From Candidatus Doudnabacteria bacterium (lineage in GTDB: Bacteria; Patescibacteriota; Doudnabacteria; UBA920; O2-02-FULL-48-8), in assembly GCA_037200925.1 (NCBI GenBank), contig JBBCGO010000001.1, forward strand, positions 696,235 to 760,234: 64,000 nt of DNA. Direction: 5' to 3'. A program made the position numbers and the translations under genes. The notes beneath the pieces are model-generated. The model saw only the letters and a program-made list of their open reading frames with translations, made no database searches and was not told the DNA's origin. Positions 19,798 to 32,400 of the stretch are shown here, piece after piece (the first letter of the stretch is position 1; each line of letters starts with the position of its first letter).

Positions 19798-20347
19798 TTT
19801 TATTTTTGACCCAGCCAGTAAATTTTTAGACCCGGAAAAGATCCTGTTCGCCGCAGGCCTTTCTGCCGGCCAGATCGTGGCCGATCTGGGCACCGGCAGC
19901 GGATTTTATACCCTGGCGGCCGGGAAAATTGTCGGGGATGGGGGACAAGTTTTTGCCGTGGATATTTTAGATACAGCCTTAGACCATGTCTCGGCGGAAG
20001 CCCGGATGAAAGGCTTGAGAAATCTTAAAATCTTACGCGCGGACCTGGAACAGGCCGATTCCTGCCGCAATATTCCCACAGGCAGCATTGATATGGCGAT
20101 CATGGCCAATATCTTTCACCAAATAAAAAACCATGCCGCTTTGTTCACTGAAGCTTACCGGATGCTGAAAACCGGCGGCAAGCTGGTGGCGATAGATTGG
20201 AATGATATGCCCGGTCCGATCGGGCCTATGGCGGCGGATAGGGTCAAACCGGAAGTTTTAAAAAAATTGGCTAAGCAAACAACATTGAAGGAAGCGGGAG
20301 TGCTGCCTACTGATATTTATCATTATGGATTAATGTTCATTAAATGA
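19790..20347 (+). CDS. class I SAM-dependent methyltransferase
   Basis: VADLGTGSG motif I, LKTGG. Confidence 0.88.
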   Translation: MDNFIFDPASKFLDPEKILFAAGLSAGQIVADLGTGSGFYTLAAGKIVGDGGQVFAVDILDTALDHVSAEARMKGLRNLKILRADLEQADSCRNIPTGSIDMAIMANIFHQIKNHAALFTEAYRMLKTGGKLVAIDWNDMPGPIGPMAADRVKPEVLKKLAKQTTLKEAGVLPTDIYHYGLMFIK

Positions 20348-20757
20348 TCATGTGGGCCAAATTATTTGACCGCAATTTGTGGTTTGCGCAGCCTTCGATC
20401 GTTCTTGCCCATACGGATCTATACTTGGGATATTTTTTTGCCGCTTGCATAATTTTGGCGATCGTCTTAAAGCTGTCCGAGCGGTTTGTCATAAACAAGG
20501 TCAAGGCAAAACTGATCGACAGACTTTTTTATCTTCTATTAACGATCGGGATCTCAGGCCTGGTCTGGTTTGGGTTCAGGTACGAAAATACTCAGATCTT
20601 TGCCATGCGCGCCTGGGCCGGTTTGGTGCTGTTGACAGGATTGGTTTGGTTTTTGTTCGTAATAAAATACCTGATCTTTAAATTTTCTACAGAGCTGAAG
20701 GAATATGAGCATACGCTCATCAGAAATAAATATATTCCCGGCCCGAAAAACCGATGA
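20344..20757 (+). CDS. membrane protein (3 TM)
   Basis: Coupled ORF with hydrophobic helices. Confidence 0.75.
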   Translation: MIMWAKLFDRNLWFAQPSIVLAHTDLYLGYFFAACIILAIVLKLSERFVINKVKAKLIDRLFYLLLTIGISGLVWFGFRYENTQIFAMRAWAGLVLLTGLVWFLFVIKYLIFKFSTELKEYEHTLIRNKYIPGPKNR

Positions 20758-21125
20758 CCAACCTCGGATCGGCGGGAGAGAAGCTGGTTGCTGAAACCTA
20801 TCAGGAGCAGGGCTGCCGGTTGCTTGAAAAAAATTATATCTTTCCTCACGGCAAACAGATCGGAGAGATCGACCTGATTTTTGAAAAAGACAAAGAGATC
20901 ATATTCGTGGAAGTGAAAGCACGTTCGTCTGAGAAATTCGGCGGTCCGTTCGAGGCGGTGGATCTTAATAAGCGCAGAAGGCTGATCAAAACAGCCAAAT
21001 TATATCTTCAGCTGCATCCTAAATTTCTGGAGCACAATTACCGGATTGACGTGGCAGGAGTCGATATTGACAACCCAACCGAACCTGTTATAATACTTAC
21101 GAACGCTATTGAAGATTTAGATTAA
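20754..21125 (+). CDS. yraN: YraN family (UPF0102) putative nuclease
   Basis: GEIDLI, FVEVKAR, RIDV. Confidence 0.9.
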   Translation: MTNLGSAGEKLVAETYQEQGCRLLEKNYIFPHGKQIGEIDLIFEKDKEIIFVEVKARSSEKFGGPFEAVDLNKRRRLIKTAKLYLQLHPKFLEHNYRIDVAGVDIDNPTEPVIILTNAIEDLD

Positions 21126-21148
21126 ACGAGCATTAAGCTCGTTTTTTT
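21124..21148 (+). terminator. intrinsic terminator
   Basis: AAACGAGC-ATTAA-GCTCGTTTTTTT. Confidence 0.65.
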
Positions 21149-21171
21149 GTTACAAGGAATATTTTAATTAA

Positions 21172-21286
21172 CGAAAAAATTGAGTCGCAGACCCGCAGGG
21201 TCGAGAACAATTTTTTCGAGAGGAGCGGCAAGTAGACCGAAGCGTATTTGCAAAGCAAATCGCGAAGTGTCTATCCGACGCGACGA
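21172..21286 (+). repeat. structured intergenic element, copy B (abuts nusA ATG)
   Basis: Same conserved blocks as 9950-10083 with compensatory stem changes. Confidence 0.75.
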
Positions 21287-22420
21287 ATGAATGAGCAGTT
21301 TGAACAGGCGCTGAATCAGATCGCCGAAGAGAAAGATATAAATAAAGAAGAGATCTTGAAAATGATCGAGGTTTCTTTGGCCGCGGCTTTCCGCAAAGAT
21401 TACGGCAAAAAAGACCAGAATATCGTGGTCGAGTTTTTGCCTGACACTTTAGGCACGAAAGTCTTTGACGTGAAAAAAGTCGTAGAAGAAGTAACCGACC
21501 CGGTTAAAGAAATGACCCTTGAGGATGCCAAAAAAGCGAAAAAAGGCGCTAAGGTCGGCGATGAGATAAAAATTGACATCACGCCCAAAACCGGCGCCAC
21601 ATTCGGCCGGATCGCCGCGCAGACCGCAAAGCAGGTCATTGTCCAGAAGATCAGGGAAGCGGAGCGGGGAGTGCTGTTCACGGATTATAAAGCCAAAGAG
21701 CGCCAGTTGGTTTCAGGGATTGTCCAACGAATTGAAGGCGAGACTGTACTGATAGATTTGGGGAAAACCACGGGAGTTTTGTTTCCTTCCGAACAGATCA
21801 AAGGTGAGAAATATGCCATAGGCGCACGGATCAAAGTTTTAATTCTGCATGTTGAACCCACGGCCAAGGGACCAAAGATCACATTATCCCGATCGCATCC
21901 GGACGTGGTCAGAAGGCTGTTTGAAATTGAAGTGCCGGAGATCTTTAACGGCATTGTTGAAGTCAAAGCCATCGCCCGCGAAGCGGGAAGTCGGACCAAG
22001 ATCGCAGTCTGGTCGTCACAGGACGGCGTGGACCCGATCGGCGCTTGCGTGGGCCAGCGCGGGACCCGCGTGCAGGTCATCATGGCAGAGCTCAACGGCG
22101 AAAAGATAGATATCATTTCCTGGTCTGAGGATCCCGTGAAATTTATCGCCAATGCTTTGTCCCCGGCAAAGATCTTGAATGTGACGTTGAACGAGGATGC
22201 CAAAGAAGCCAAGGTCGGTGTGCTTGAGGACCAGCTGTCTTTGGCCATCGGCAAGACCGGTCAAAACGTCCGGCTGGCAGCGCGGTTGACCGGCTGGAAA
22301 ATTGATATTGCGGAAGAGAAAATTTCAGGAGGCCAGCCTGAGTCGGAGGTGACGAGCGAAGAATTAAATCCGGAAGAACCCGCTGTTGCCGCGGAAGGAG
22401 AACAAATAAATGCGCAATAA
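21287..22420 (+). CDS. nusA: transcription termination/antitermination factor NusA
   Basis: [12 protein letters not shown]1, [24 protein letters not shown]. Confidence 0.97.
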   Translation: MNEQFEQALNQIAEEKDINKEEILKMIEVSLAAAFRKDYGKKDQNIVVEFLPDTLGTKVFDVKKVVEEVTDPVKEMTLEDAKKAKKGAKVGDEIKIDITPKTGATFGRIAAQTAKQVIVQKIREAERGVLFTDYKAKERQLVSGIVQRIEGETVLIDLGKTTGVLFPSEQIKGEKYAIGARIKVLILHVEPTAKGPKITLSRSHPDVVRRLFEIEVPEIFNGIVEVKAIAREAGSRTKIAVWSSQDGVDPIGACVGQRGTRVQVIMAELNGEKIDIISWSEDPVKFIANALSPAKILNVTLNEDAKEAKVGVLEDQLSLAIGKTGQNVRLAARLTGWKIDIAEEKISGGQPESEVTSEELNPEEPAVAAEGEQINAQ

Positions 22421-22430
22421 AATAATAGAG

Positions 22431-23009
22431 ATGCCTCTGGTGCCGATGGTGGTTGAAAAATCCCAATTCGGCGAGCGGGCCTTTGACATCTATTCAAGGC
22501 TTTTGAAAGAAAGAATTATTTTTTTGGGCGAGGCGATCGATGATCATGTGGCGAATTTGGTGATCGCTCAATTGCTGTTCCTGGAAGCAGAGGACCCGAA
22601 GAAAGAAATTAAACTGTACATTAATTCTCCGGGTGGCTCGGTCACATCCGCTTTGGCGATCTATGATACCATGCAGTTTGTAAAAGCAGATGTGATCACG
22701 GTCTGCATCGGACAAGCCGCTTCTGCCGCGGCCGTACTTCTGGCCGCTGGCGCTGCCGGAAAAAGAATGTCACTGCCGAACGCGCGCGTCATGATCCACC
22801 AGGTCATGGGCGGAGTGGAAGGCCAGGTGCGCGATGTCGAGATCCAGACCAAAGAAATGGTCCGCATCAAGCATCAGATAAACGACATTTTGATCAAACA
22901 CACAGGGCAGTCATTGAAGAAAATTGAAACTGACACTGACCGAGATTTCTTCATGACCCCGGAAGAAGCAAAAAATTACGGTCTGATCGACAAGGTCATT
23001 CTGCCGTAG
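22431..23009 (+). CDS. clpP: ClpP protease proteolytic subunit
   Basis: [31 protein letters not shown]. Confidence 0.97.
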   Translation: MPLVPMVVEKSQFGERAFDIYSRLLKERIIFLGEAIDDHVANLVIAQLLFLEAEDPKKEIKLYINSPGGSVTSALAIYDTMQFVKADVITVCIGQAASAAAVLLAAGAAGKRMSLPNARVMIHQVMGGVEGQVRDVEIQTKEMVRIKHQINDILIKHTGQSLKKIETDTDRDFFMTPEEAKNYGLIDKVILP

Positions 23010-23033
23010 ATTTATTATTTAATTGCACAAAGG

Positions 23034-23060
23034 AAAACAGGACAATTGTCCTGTTTTTTT
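23034..23060 (+). terminator. intrinsic terminator
   Basis: AAAACAGGACA-AT-TGTCCTGTTTTTTT. Confidence 0.7.
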
Positions 23061-23075
23061 GTTAACGACTACAGA

Positions 23076-23104
23076 TTGACAAGTACGCTTAAATTTGCTA
23101 TAAT
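23076..23104 (+). promoter_or_regulatory. consensus sigma70 promoter of surface-protein locus
   Basis: TTGACA-17-TATAAT plus extended -10 TG. Confidence 0.75.
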
Positions 23105-23278
23105 AATATCAGTAATGGTAAGTTTTGTTAGGTTCGAAACCAAAATAAAAAACAATTGAATATAAGACTACTGAAAAGGCCCAAAATTGGCCATTTTCTG
23201 GTGTTTATTATGTCTTTACCCTTGGTAGCTAAGTAAGTTTAATCAAGGGCCGGTTGTTGAAACAAAAACAAAATCAAA

Positions 23279-23458
23279 ATGTCTTTTGAGGAACTGCCAG
23301 AGCTTCTGACGATCCGCGAGGTGACTCATTTGCTGAATGTTCATCCGAATACCCTTCGGAATTGGGAAAAAGAAGGGCTGATTAATGTTGTCCGGATCGG
23401 TCCCAGAAAAGACAGGCGATATGAGAAGCAGGTTATCAGGAAAATAATGCGGCCGTAA
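23279..23458 (+). CDS. small MerR/excisionase-like HTH protein (59 aa)
   Basis: Missed by ORF track: MSFEELPELLTIREVTHLLNVHPNTLRNWEKEGLINVVRIGPRKDRRY; stop 3 nt before the giant gene. Confidence 0.85.
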   Translation: MSFEELPELLTIREVTHLLNVHPNTLRNWEKEGLINVVRIGPRKDRRYEKQVIRKIMRP

Positions 23459-23461
23459 AAT

Positions 23462-26400
23462 ATGAGCCAAAATAAAATCAAAATTTTAGCGCTCAAAGTC
23501 ACCATAAGTATTTTAATACTTGGTTTTGTCGCACCTGATATTTTTCCGATCCAGGCTTATTTTATTCCTATTGCACAGGCTGCAACGGGTGTGCCGAAGG
23601 CATTTAGCTATCAAGGCCGTTTAACCGATTCAACCGGCGCACTGCTGGGGGGAGCGGGAACTAACTATACTTTTAAATTTTCCATTTGGGACAGTGCCAC
23701 GCCTCCCGGTGGGACACGGTTGTGGCCAGCAAGCCCGCCCGGTTCTGTAACGCTTAATGTTACCCAAGGAGTGTTCAACGTAAATATTGGAGATACGGCG
23801 CATGGTTATCCGGATGCGCTGACATTTGATTTCAATTCCACCGATACGGCATATCTGCAAGTCGAAGTTTTAAATCCTGCTACCTCCACGTACGAAACTT
23901 TATCACCGCGGCAATTGATCGCATCTTCGGGCTATGCGATCAATGCCGGGACAGCTACTGCCTTGCAGACAGCTCGGAATATAAACGGCGTACCTTTCAA
24001 TGGCACAGCGGATATTACTATCCCTTCCAATACAGACGCCGGAGCTTTAACCGGTACGACCCTGGCCGCTAATATAGTTAATTCATCTTTAACTTTGGTG
24101 GGACACCTGGTTTCAGGCACGCTCATCGGCACTCAGACTTTTACCAACAACAATATTTCTGACAGCGGAGGACTCACAATCGACTCGGGTGGCGCTTTGA
24201 ATTTAGGCACATCTACTTCGACCAGTGTTTCGATTGGCAAAACAGGAACCGTCACCACGATTAATGGTTCTCTGACGATCCCGAACTACATTGACTTCAC
24301 TAACTTAACCGCACCTGCCTACAAGGAGGGCCGATTATTCTACGATCCTGTCAGCAAGTCTTTATCTTTCTACAACGATCTCAGTGGGCTTAGTTTGCAT
24401 ATTGGTCAAACACTCTGGACACGTGTAAAAAATGTAACAGGTGCAACAATTCCCAAAGGTTCATCCGTATATTTTAGCGGTGTTGACGCATTTGGTTTTC
24501 CAACAGTTGCTAAAGCCCAGGCAAACAGTCCCGTAACTACCCAATCAGCAGGAGTTACAACCCAGGATATTCCGAACGGAGCTTATGGTTATGCCACCGG
24601 CGTCGGTTTGGTTGAGAACCTTGATACCTCAGCATTCACCGCGGGTGACCGGCTTTTTCTGTCGCCTACAACACCCGGCGGGTTTGTAACAACCCAGCCT
24701 GCTGCTCCGTTTTTTTCAATGCCTATTGGACGGGTCATAAAATCTGATGCTGTCTCAGGTAGTATTGAAGTTGTCGCTACTCCATTCACCATCGGTGCAT
24801 TTACCTCCGGTTCAATGATATTTGCAAGCCCATTAGGTTTGACGGCCCAGGATAATGCCAATCTGTTCTGGGACAATGCAACAAAGCGCTTGGGCATCGG
24901 TGACAATACGCCTGCGGCAACTCTGACCATCGGCAACGGCACAGCCGGCAGCGGTCTGTTTGAAGTGTTCGGGGCCAACGGCAATGTCACGACGCAAGGC
25001 GATATTACTTTGGCAAACGGAGGAGGCAGCATCACCGCAACAGGCGGCGGTCTGACATTAGTTGGCGGAGCGGCTTCCAATCTTTCAACTACGGCTGGCA
25101 ATATTACGTTGCAGCCTGCAGGCGCCGGAACGACTGCAAATGTACAAATTGGAGCAGGTGGGGCTGGATCAGCAACGCCAGATCTTCTGGTCGTGGATGC
25201 GAAATCATCGGCGGGTGATCCGGCCGGTACCAATGGCGCGATCTACTACAATATTGCTAATAACAGATTCCGTTGTTTTGAAAATAATGCGTGGAAAGAT
25301 TGCGATTCCGTCACTGCCGCAACTTTGCAGGTCGCTTATAATAATAGCGGAGCGATTACGACTTCCGGATCCCATGATATTGCTTTCACGCTCACGTCCG
25401 GGAATTTCATCGCTTCCGGGGCTGGCTCAGTAAATCTTACTCCGACCGCTGCTTCATCTTTTACTTCCGGAGGCGCGTTAACTCTGACTGGGGGAGCGGC
25501 ATCCGCATTATCTACCACTTCCGGTGATCTTACTTTGCAAGCCGGTTCAGGTACGGTTTCCCTGGGTAGCTCGACTAATTTGACCGCAGCAACCGGCTTA
25601 ACTATCTCAACAGGATTCGGCAATATAATATTGCATCCGGCAGGAGCCGGAACAACGGCCACTGTCCAGATCGGTTCCGGCGGAGCCGGCTCTACCGCTC
25701 CTGATCTGTTTGGCGTTGACACAAAGTCAGATGCCGGAGATCCGGCAGGATTTAATGGAGCGATGTATTACAATACCAATTCCAACAGTTTCCGCTGTTA
25801 TGAAAACGGGGCATGGAAAAATTGCGATACGACAGGCGGAACTACAACATTACAATCGGCTTACAGCGCCGGCGCAACTATCACGACCGGAAGCTCAACT
25901 GATATTGTATTTACGCTCGCTTCCGGAAACTTCGATGTTTCAGGGGCCGGCTCGGTAAATCTTACACCCACAGGTAACTCCAGCTTTACTTCTGACGCAA
26001 ATTTAACACTCACTTCCGGTACGGCAACTACATGGGGCACAACTGCCGGAGATCTGACTTTGCAAGTTAACGGCGTCGGGACTACAGGCAGTGTTCATAT
26101 TGGAGCTGGAGCTCCCGGTTCCAACGGCCCTGATCTGTTCGGCCTTGATGTGAAATCAACAGCCGGCGATCCGGCCGGGTATAATGGAGCGATGTATTAC
26201 AACGGCTCATCAAACGTTTTCCGTTGTTTTGAAAATGGAGCATGGAAAGATTGCGGTGCGACGGGAAGCGGAGGAGGATTGTCACTGCAGCAAACGTACA
26301 TAAATGGTCCAACTATTACTACGACCGCGTCAACTGATCTGGCTTTGATCCTTGCTTCCGGTGATTTCACAGCCTCGGGAGCCGGTTCGGTAAATCTTAA

Positions 26401-29400
26401 CCCGACAGGTGCTTCCAGTTTTACTTCCGGCGGAGCATTAACGCTTACCGGCGGAGCGGCATCTGTTTTCGGAACGAGTGCCGGAGATCTGACTTTGCAA
26501 GCTGCCGGAAATGGAACTACGGCAAATGTTCATATTGGCGCAGGAGGTGTCGGGTCCGCCACGCCGGATCTGCTTGCTTTGGATGTGAAATCTACAAGCG
26601 GAGACCCGACCGGTGTCAACGGGTCAATGTACTACAATGCGAGTACAAACAGGTTCAGATGTTATGAAAATAACGCTTGGAAAGATTGTGATATCAGCGG
26701 TACTGATACTTTGCAAACTGTTTATAATAATGGCGCAACTATTGTTACAGCCGGTTCCGTTCCAATCACGTTTAATCTTGCGTCGGGAAATTTTAATGTC
26801 TCCGGCGCAGGGTCTGTAAATCTGACCCCAACCGGAGCGTTAACGCTCACCGGAGGCGCTGCGTCAACATTCTCAACAAGTTCCGGCGCGCTCACAATCG
26901 ACTCAGCAGCTACTTTGAATTTAGGCACCACTAATGCCACCGGAGTCTCCATCGGTAAAACAGGAACTGTCGCCACTGTGAACGGTTCGCTTACGATACC
27001 AAATTACATTGATTTTACGAACACGGTAAAGCCGCCGTATTCTGAAGGCCGAGTTTTTTATGACACAACTGACAAGACTCTTGCATATTATAATGATGCC
27101 TCTAACAGTACGCTGAACATCGGTCAGGAAGAATGGATCCGTGTTAAGAACATTACCGGCACCGATATTGCCGATGGCAAAGTAGTATATATTAGCGGTT
27201 CCTCAGGAGGCATACCGACAGTTGCGTTGGCCAGGGCTGATAGTCCAACTACTTCTCAGGCGGCCGGCATCACAACTAATGCGATTCCCAACGGCAGCAT
27301 CAGTTATATTACTAATTTTGGATTAATTCATAAGGAGAATACCGCGTCGTTCAGTGCGGGAGACCAAATATTCCTTTCAGCCACATCTGCGGGTGATTAC
27401 ACGGCCACCAGGCCCTCTTCCCCGAATCTTACGGTAAAACTTGGTTATATCGCAGTGTCAGATTCAACTTTAGGCATTGTTCTGGCAAATATCGCGCCAG
27501 CGCCGTTTCAATCTGGAATTTTAGGTACCGGCAGTATCCCGTTTGCCAATTCCAGCGGCCTGTTGATTTCAAATAACAACAATTTATTTTGGGACCAGGT
27601 AAATAACCGTCTCGGTATCGGTGACAATACGCCCGCAGCAACTCTGACCATCGGCAATGGCACACCCGGCAGCGCCTTGTTTGAAGTTTTTGGGTCAACT
27701 GGAAATATAACGACGAAAGGGGATATTAATTTGGCTGCCGGCGGTACTATTACAGGTACCGGTCCTTTGGCCATTACTGCAACTGGAGCAAATGCTCTAA
27801 CTTTAGATACAGGAACTACGGGTACAATCAATATCGGTACCGGGATTTCTGGCAAAACTATAAATATTGGCACAGACAACACCGCTGCTGATACGATTGT
27901 CATCGGTTCTTCTCTGGATACTCTTAAACTGGGAAAGTTCAATACGGCTAACGCCATTATCTATACTGCGAATGGAACTACCGATGGCACTCTGGCCTCA
28001 ATAGCCAACGGTACGACAGGGCAATGTTTGGTAGCCACCACAGGGCTTGCCCCTGCTTGGGGAACGTGTCCTGCAGATGCAAGTGCTCTTACAGGAACCA
28101 CTCTTGCAGCCAGTGTAGTTAATTCTTCCTTAACATCAGTTGGAACGTTAACAGGCCTGACCGTCACTGCTCCCATCATAGGTTCTATCACTGGTTCCTC
28201 CGGTTCTACTACCGGCAATGCTGCAACTGCCACCACTCTCGAAACTGCCAGACTCATCAACGGAGTATCATTCAACGGTTCTGCTGACATCACGGTAGCT
28301 GCCGATGCCGGCACTCTGACCGGAAACACTCTTGCTGCGAATGTGGTTAATTCATCTTTAACTTCAGTCGGACCCTTAACAGGTCTTACTGTCATTGCTC
28401 CTATTGCCGGCAGCGTCACCGGTTCAGCCGCCACTGTTACAGATGCTGCACAACCGGCTATTACTTCCGTCGGAACGTTAACAGGTCTTACGGTAACAGC
28501 GCCGATAGTTGGAAGTGTGACAGGAAGTTCCGGTTCTACCACAGGCAATGCTGCTACTGCTACAAAGTTGGAAACGCCTCGTCTCATCAACGGAGTTGCT
28601 TTTGACGGCTCAGCAGATATTACGATCACTGCCGTTGCTGCAGCAGGAACTCTGACAGGTACAACCCTTGCAGCCAATGTGGTTAATTCTTCCTTAACAT
28701 CTGTAGGAACATTGGCAGGATTGACTGTCACAGCTCCGATAGTAGGAAGTGTTACTGGTTCCTCCGGTTCTACCACAGGCAATGCGGCTACAGCTACCAC
28801 TCTTGCAACCCCAAGACTAATCAACGGGGTATCCTTCAATGGTTCTGCCGACATCACAGTTACAGCAGCAGCAGGAACTCTGACAGGAACAACCCTGGCA
28901 GCAGGAGTCACAGCTTCATCTCTAACATCTGTAGGAACATTGGCAGGCTTGACTGTCACAGCTCCGATAGTAGGAAGTATCACAGGCAATGCGGCAACAG
29001 CAACCACTGCTACTTCTGCCACCAACCTTGCCGGAGGCTTGGGAGGCCAGATCCCTTACCAATCAGCTGCAGGAACAACAGCATTCTTAGCCAATGGTAC
29101 TGCAGGACAAGTTCTTCAAAGCAACGGCACAACCCTGGCTCCTACTTGGGTTGCAGCTGCTACCGGAACACTGACCGGATTATCGGTTGTATCAGCAAAT
29201 GGTTTTGCCGGATCTTCCAGCGGCGGCACCACCCCTGCTATTACTATCTCAACCACGATCACAGGATTACTAAAGGGGAATGGAACAGCCATATCTGCTG
29301 CCACAGCAGGCACTGATTATTCCCTGGGAACCTCTGCTTTAGCCACCGGTATCTTAAAGAGCACCACCACTACAGGGGCATTAAGTATTGCAGTGCCGGC

Positions 29401-32400
29401 GGACTTCCCGGTATTGAACCAGAACACTACTGGCTCTGCCGCAACATTAACAACCCCCCGCCTAATCAACGGGGTATCCTTCAATGGTTCTGCTGACATC
29501 ACAGTTACAGCAGCAGCAGGAACTCTGACAGGAACAACCCTGGCAGCAGGAGTCACAGCTTCATCTCTAACATCTGTAGGAACATTGGCAGGCTTGACTG
29601 TCACAGCTCCGATAGTAGGAAGTATCACAGGCAATGCGGCAACAGCAACCACTGCTACTTCTGCCACTAACCTTGCCGGAGGATTAGGAGGCCAGATCCC
29701 TTACCAATCAGCTGCAGGAACAACAGCATTCTTAGCCAATGGTACTGCAGGACAAGTTCTTCAAAGCAACGGCACAACATTAGCTCCGACTTGGGTAGTT
29801 CCAAGTTCAATAGCAGCAGCAGGAACTCTGACAGGAACCACTCTTGCAGCCAATGTGGTTAATTCATCCTTAACATCTGTAGGAACATTGGCAGGCCTTA
29901 CTGTCACAGCTCCGATAGTAGGAAGTATCACAGGTTCCTCCGGTTCTACCACAGGCAATGCTGCTACAGCTACCACTCTTGCAACCCCCCGCCTAATCAA
30001 CGGGGTATCATTCAACGGTTCTGCCGACATCACAGTTACAGCAGCAGCAGGAACTCTGACAGGAACAACCCTGGCAGCAGGAGTCACAGCTTCATCTCTA
30101 ACATCTGTAGGAACATTGGCAGGATTGACTGTCACAGCTCCGATAGTAGGAAGTATTACGGGGAATGCCGGGAGTGCGACCAAGCTAGCAACACCTCGCC
30201 TCATCAACGGAGTTGCTTTTGACGGCACTGCCGATATTACAATCACCGCAGCTGCGGCAGCTGGTACTCTGACCGGCACTACTCTGGCTGCCAATGTGGT
30301 CAACTCGTCCTTAACCTCAGTAGGAGCTTTGGTTTCCGGAACACAGATCGCTTCTCAAACGTTTACCACCAACAACATTGCAGACTCAGGAGCCTTGACC
30401 ATAACTTCAGGGGGAGCTGGCAATTTGGCGCTCAACTCTGCTTCAGGCATAGTGACTTCCAACGGCACAACCGTAACATTGGGAGGCTCAGCCACCATCA
30501 ACGGAGGCAATGCCGCTGCCGGCACCTTAACCTTAGTCTCCACTACCAATGGCACTAAGGGTGATATTCAATTTTTCTCATCCGCTAACAAGATTACTTC
30601 AGCCGGCGCTCTGACCATTGCCGGACCAATAGTTGCTTCCAACTTCACCGGCACATTGACCGGCACCAACACCGGAGACCAGACCATAACCTTAACCGGA
30701 GATGTCACCGGATCAGGCACCGGTACATTTGCCGCTACGATTGCCCCGAATGCTGTGACGACAGGTAAGATCCTTGACGGTACAATTTTAAATGCTGATC
30801 TTGCTAATTCAACAATAGGATTGCTTATTGGTACATCTGGAACAGATGTAGGCGTAACGGGTTCTCCCGCATCACTTGGGGGCAGCCTTACCCTCAATAT
30901 TCCAAACGCCTCCGCAACCAACCGTGGAGTGCTTACCGCAGCCGACTGGGCAGCGTTTAATTCTAAACAGGCAGCTTTTGGATATACGCCGGAAGATGTT
31001 GCTAATAAATCATCAAATGTCAATCTTGGCACTTCCAATATTTTATATCCAACTCAAAATGCGGTAAAAACTTATGTTGACAATCTTACCACTGGCCTCA
31101 TTTGGCAAAACCCGATAGAAAATGCCGGCGTTATTGCCGATACGGCAACTCCGGTCGGATCTCCAGTGAGCGGTGATTCTTACATAATTAATACCGGCGG
31201 CAATACCGGCGTTTGGGCGGGTTTCAGTGCCGGGGACCTGGTCCAGTACCAAGGGACTACATGGGTAAAGGTCAAAAGTCTTGTGGTCGGAGACCGCTTT
31301 GGCGTGAGTTTCTTGTCTCCGACAGTTCCATCCGGAGCCATGACAGGAAAAAGTGACAACCTGGTACAAGTCAGCGGCGGAACTCCCGGCGCATTTACGT
31401 ATACCTTTATCGCCCCAGTAAACAACTATGCAGTGTTTGATCAAAATCCAAACAGTATGAATTACGGAGTGTCCTTCACTTATACCTCATCACTCGGAGA
31501 ATGGGTTGCGCTTTCCGCAAATACCAGATTATCGGCAGGCAACGGTCTGCAAACGGTCGGAACTACCGTAAGTTTAGGAGCCTTGACTGCGGACTGGAAC
31601 CAGACAGGTGTGTTCAATATCAACACCGCAGGCAATGTCAATGTTAACGGCGGAACCCTTGGCACAACAGCATTAACCGGGAATCTTTTTAATACTACAG
31701 CGACAACTTTAAATATTGGCGGAGCTGCGACGAATATTGTCTTGGGAGCCGCAGGCGCAACCCTTACAGGGGGCGGAGCGCTTACTATCAGTTCAGCTCC
31801 AACGACTGCTTTAACTCTTGATTCCGGCACCACCGGAACCGTTAACCTTGCCACAGGCAATAATGGCAAGACCGTCAACATCGGCACCGGTACTTCCGGA
31901 GATATTATTAACATCGGTACGAATAATACAACTGCCGACACCATCTCTATCGGCTCTGCTCTTGATTCACTTAGTATCTCGTCGGCTCACTTTACAGCCA
32001 CCTCAGCCGGAGCGTTGACCATTTCCGGAGCTTTGTCTGCCTCCAACTTCTCCGGCAGTTCATCCGGCACAAACACCGGAGACCAGACTTCTGTTTCCGG
32101 CAATGCCGGTACGGCAACAGCCCTTCAAACACCTCGAGCTATTAATGGAGTAAATTTTGATGGAACTGCTCCGATTACCATCACGGCCGCTGCCGGAACC
32201 TTAACCGGGACCGTCCTGGCTGCCAATGTAGTTAACTCTTCTCTAACATCAGTAGGAACCTTAGCAGGCTTAACTGTCACAGCTCCGATAGTAGGAAGTA
32301 TCACAGGCAATGCGGCTACTGCTACCACTGCTACTTCTGCCACTAACCTTGCCGGAGGATTAGGAGGACAGATCCCTTACCAATCAGCTGCAGGAACAAC

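Noticed and set aside
21248-21286. N-terminal extension of NusA
   Set aside because: Lies in the structured repeat; ATG at 21287 fits NusA
7134-23009. Alternative genetic code (TGA=Gly)
   Set aside because: Core genes are full length under code 11 and several ORFs end in TGA
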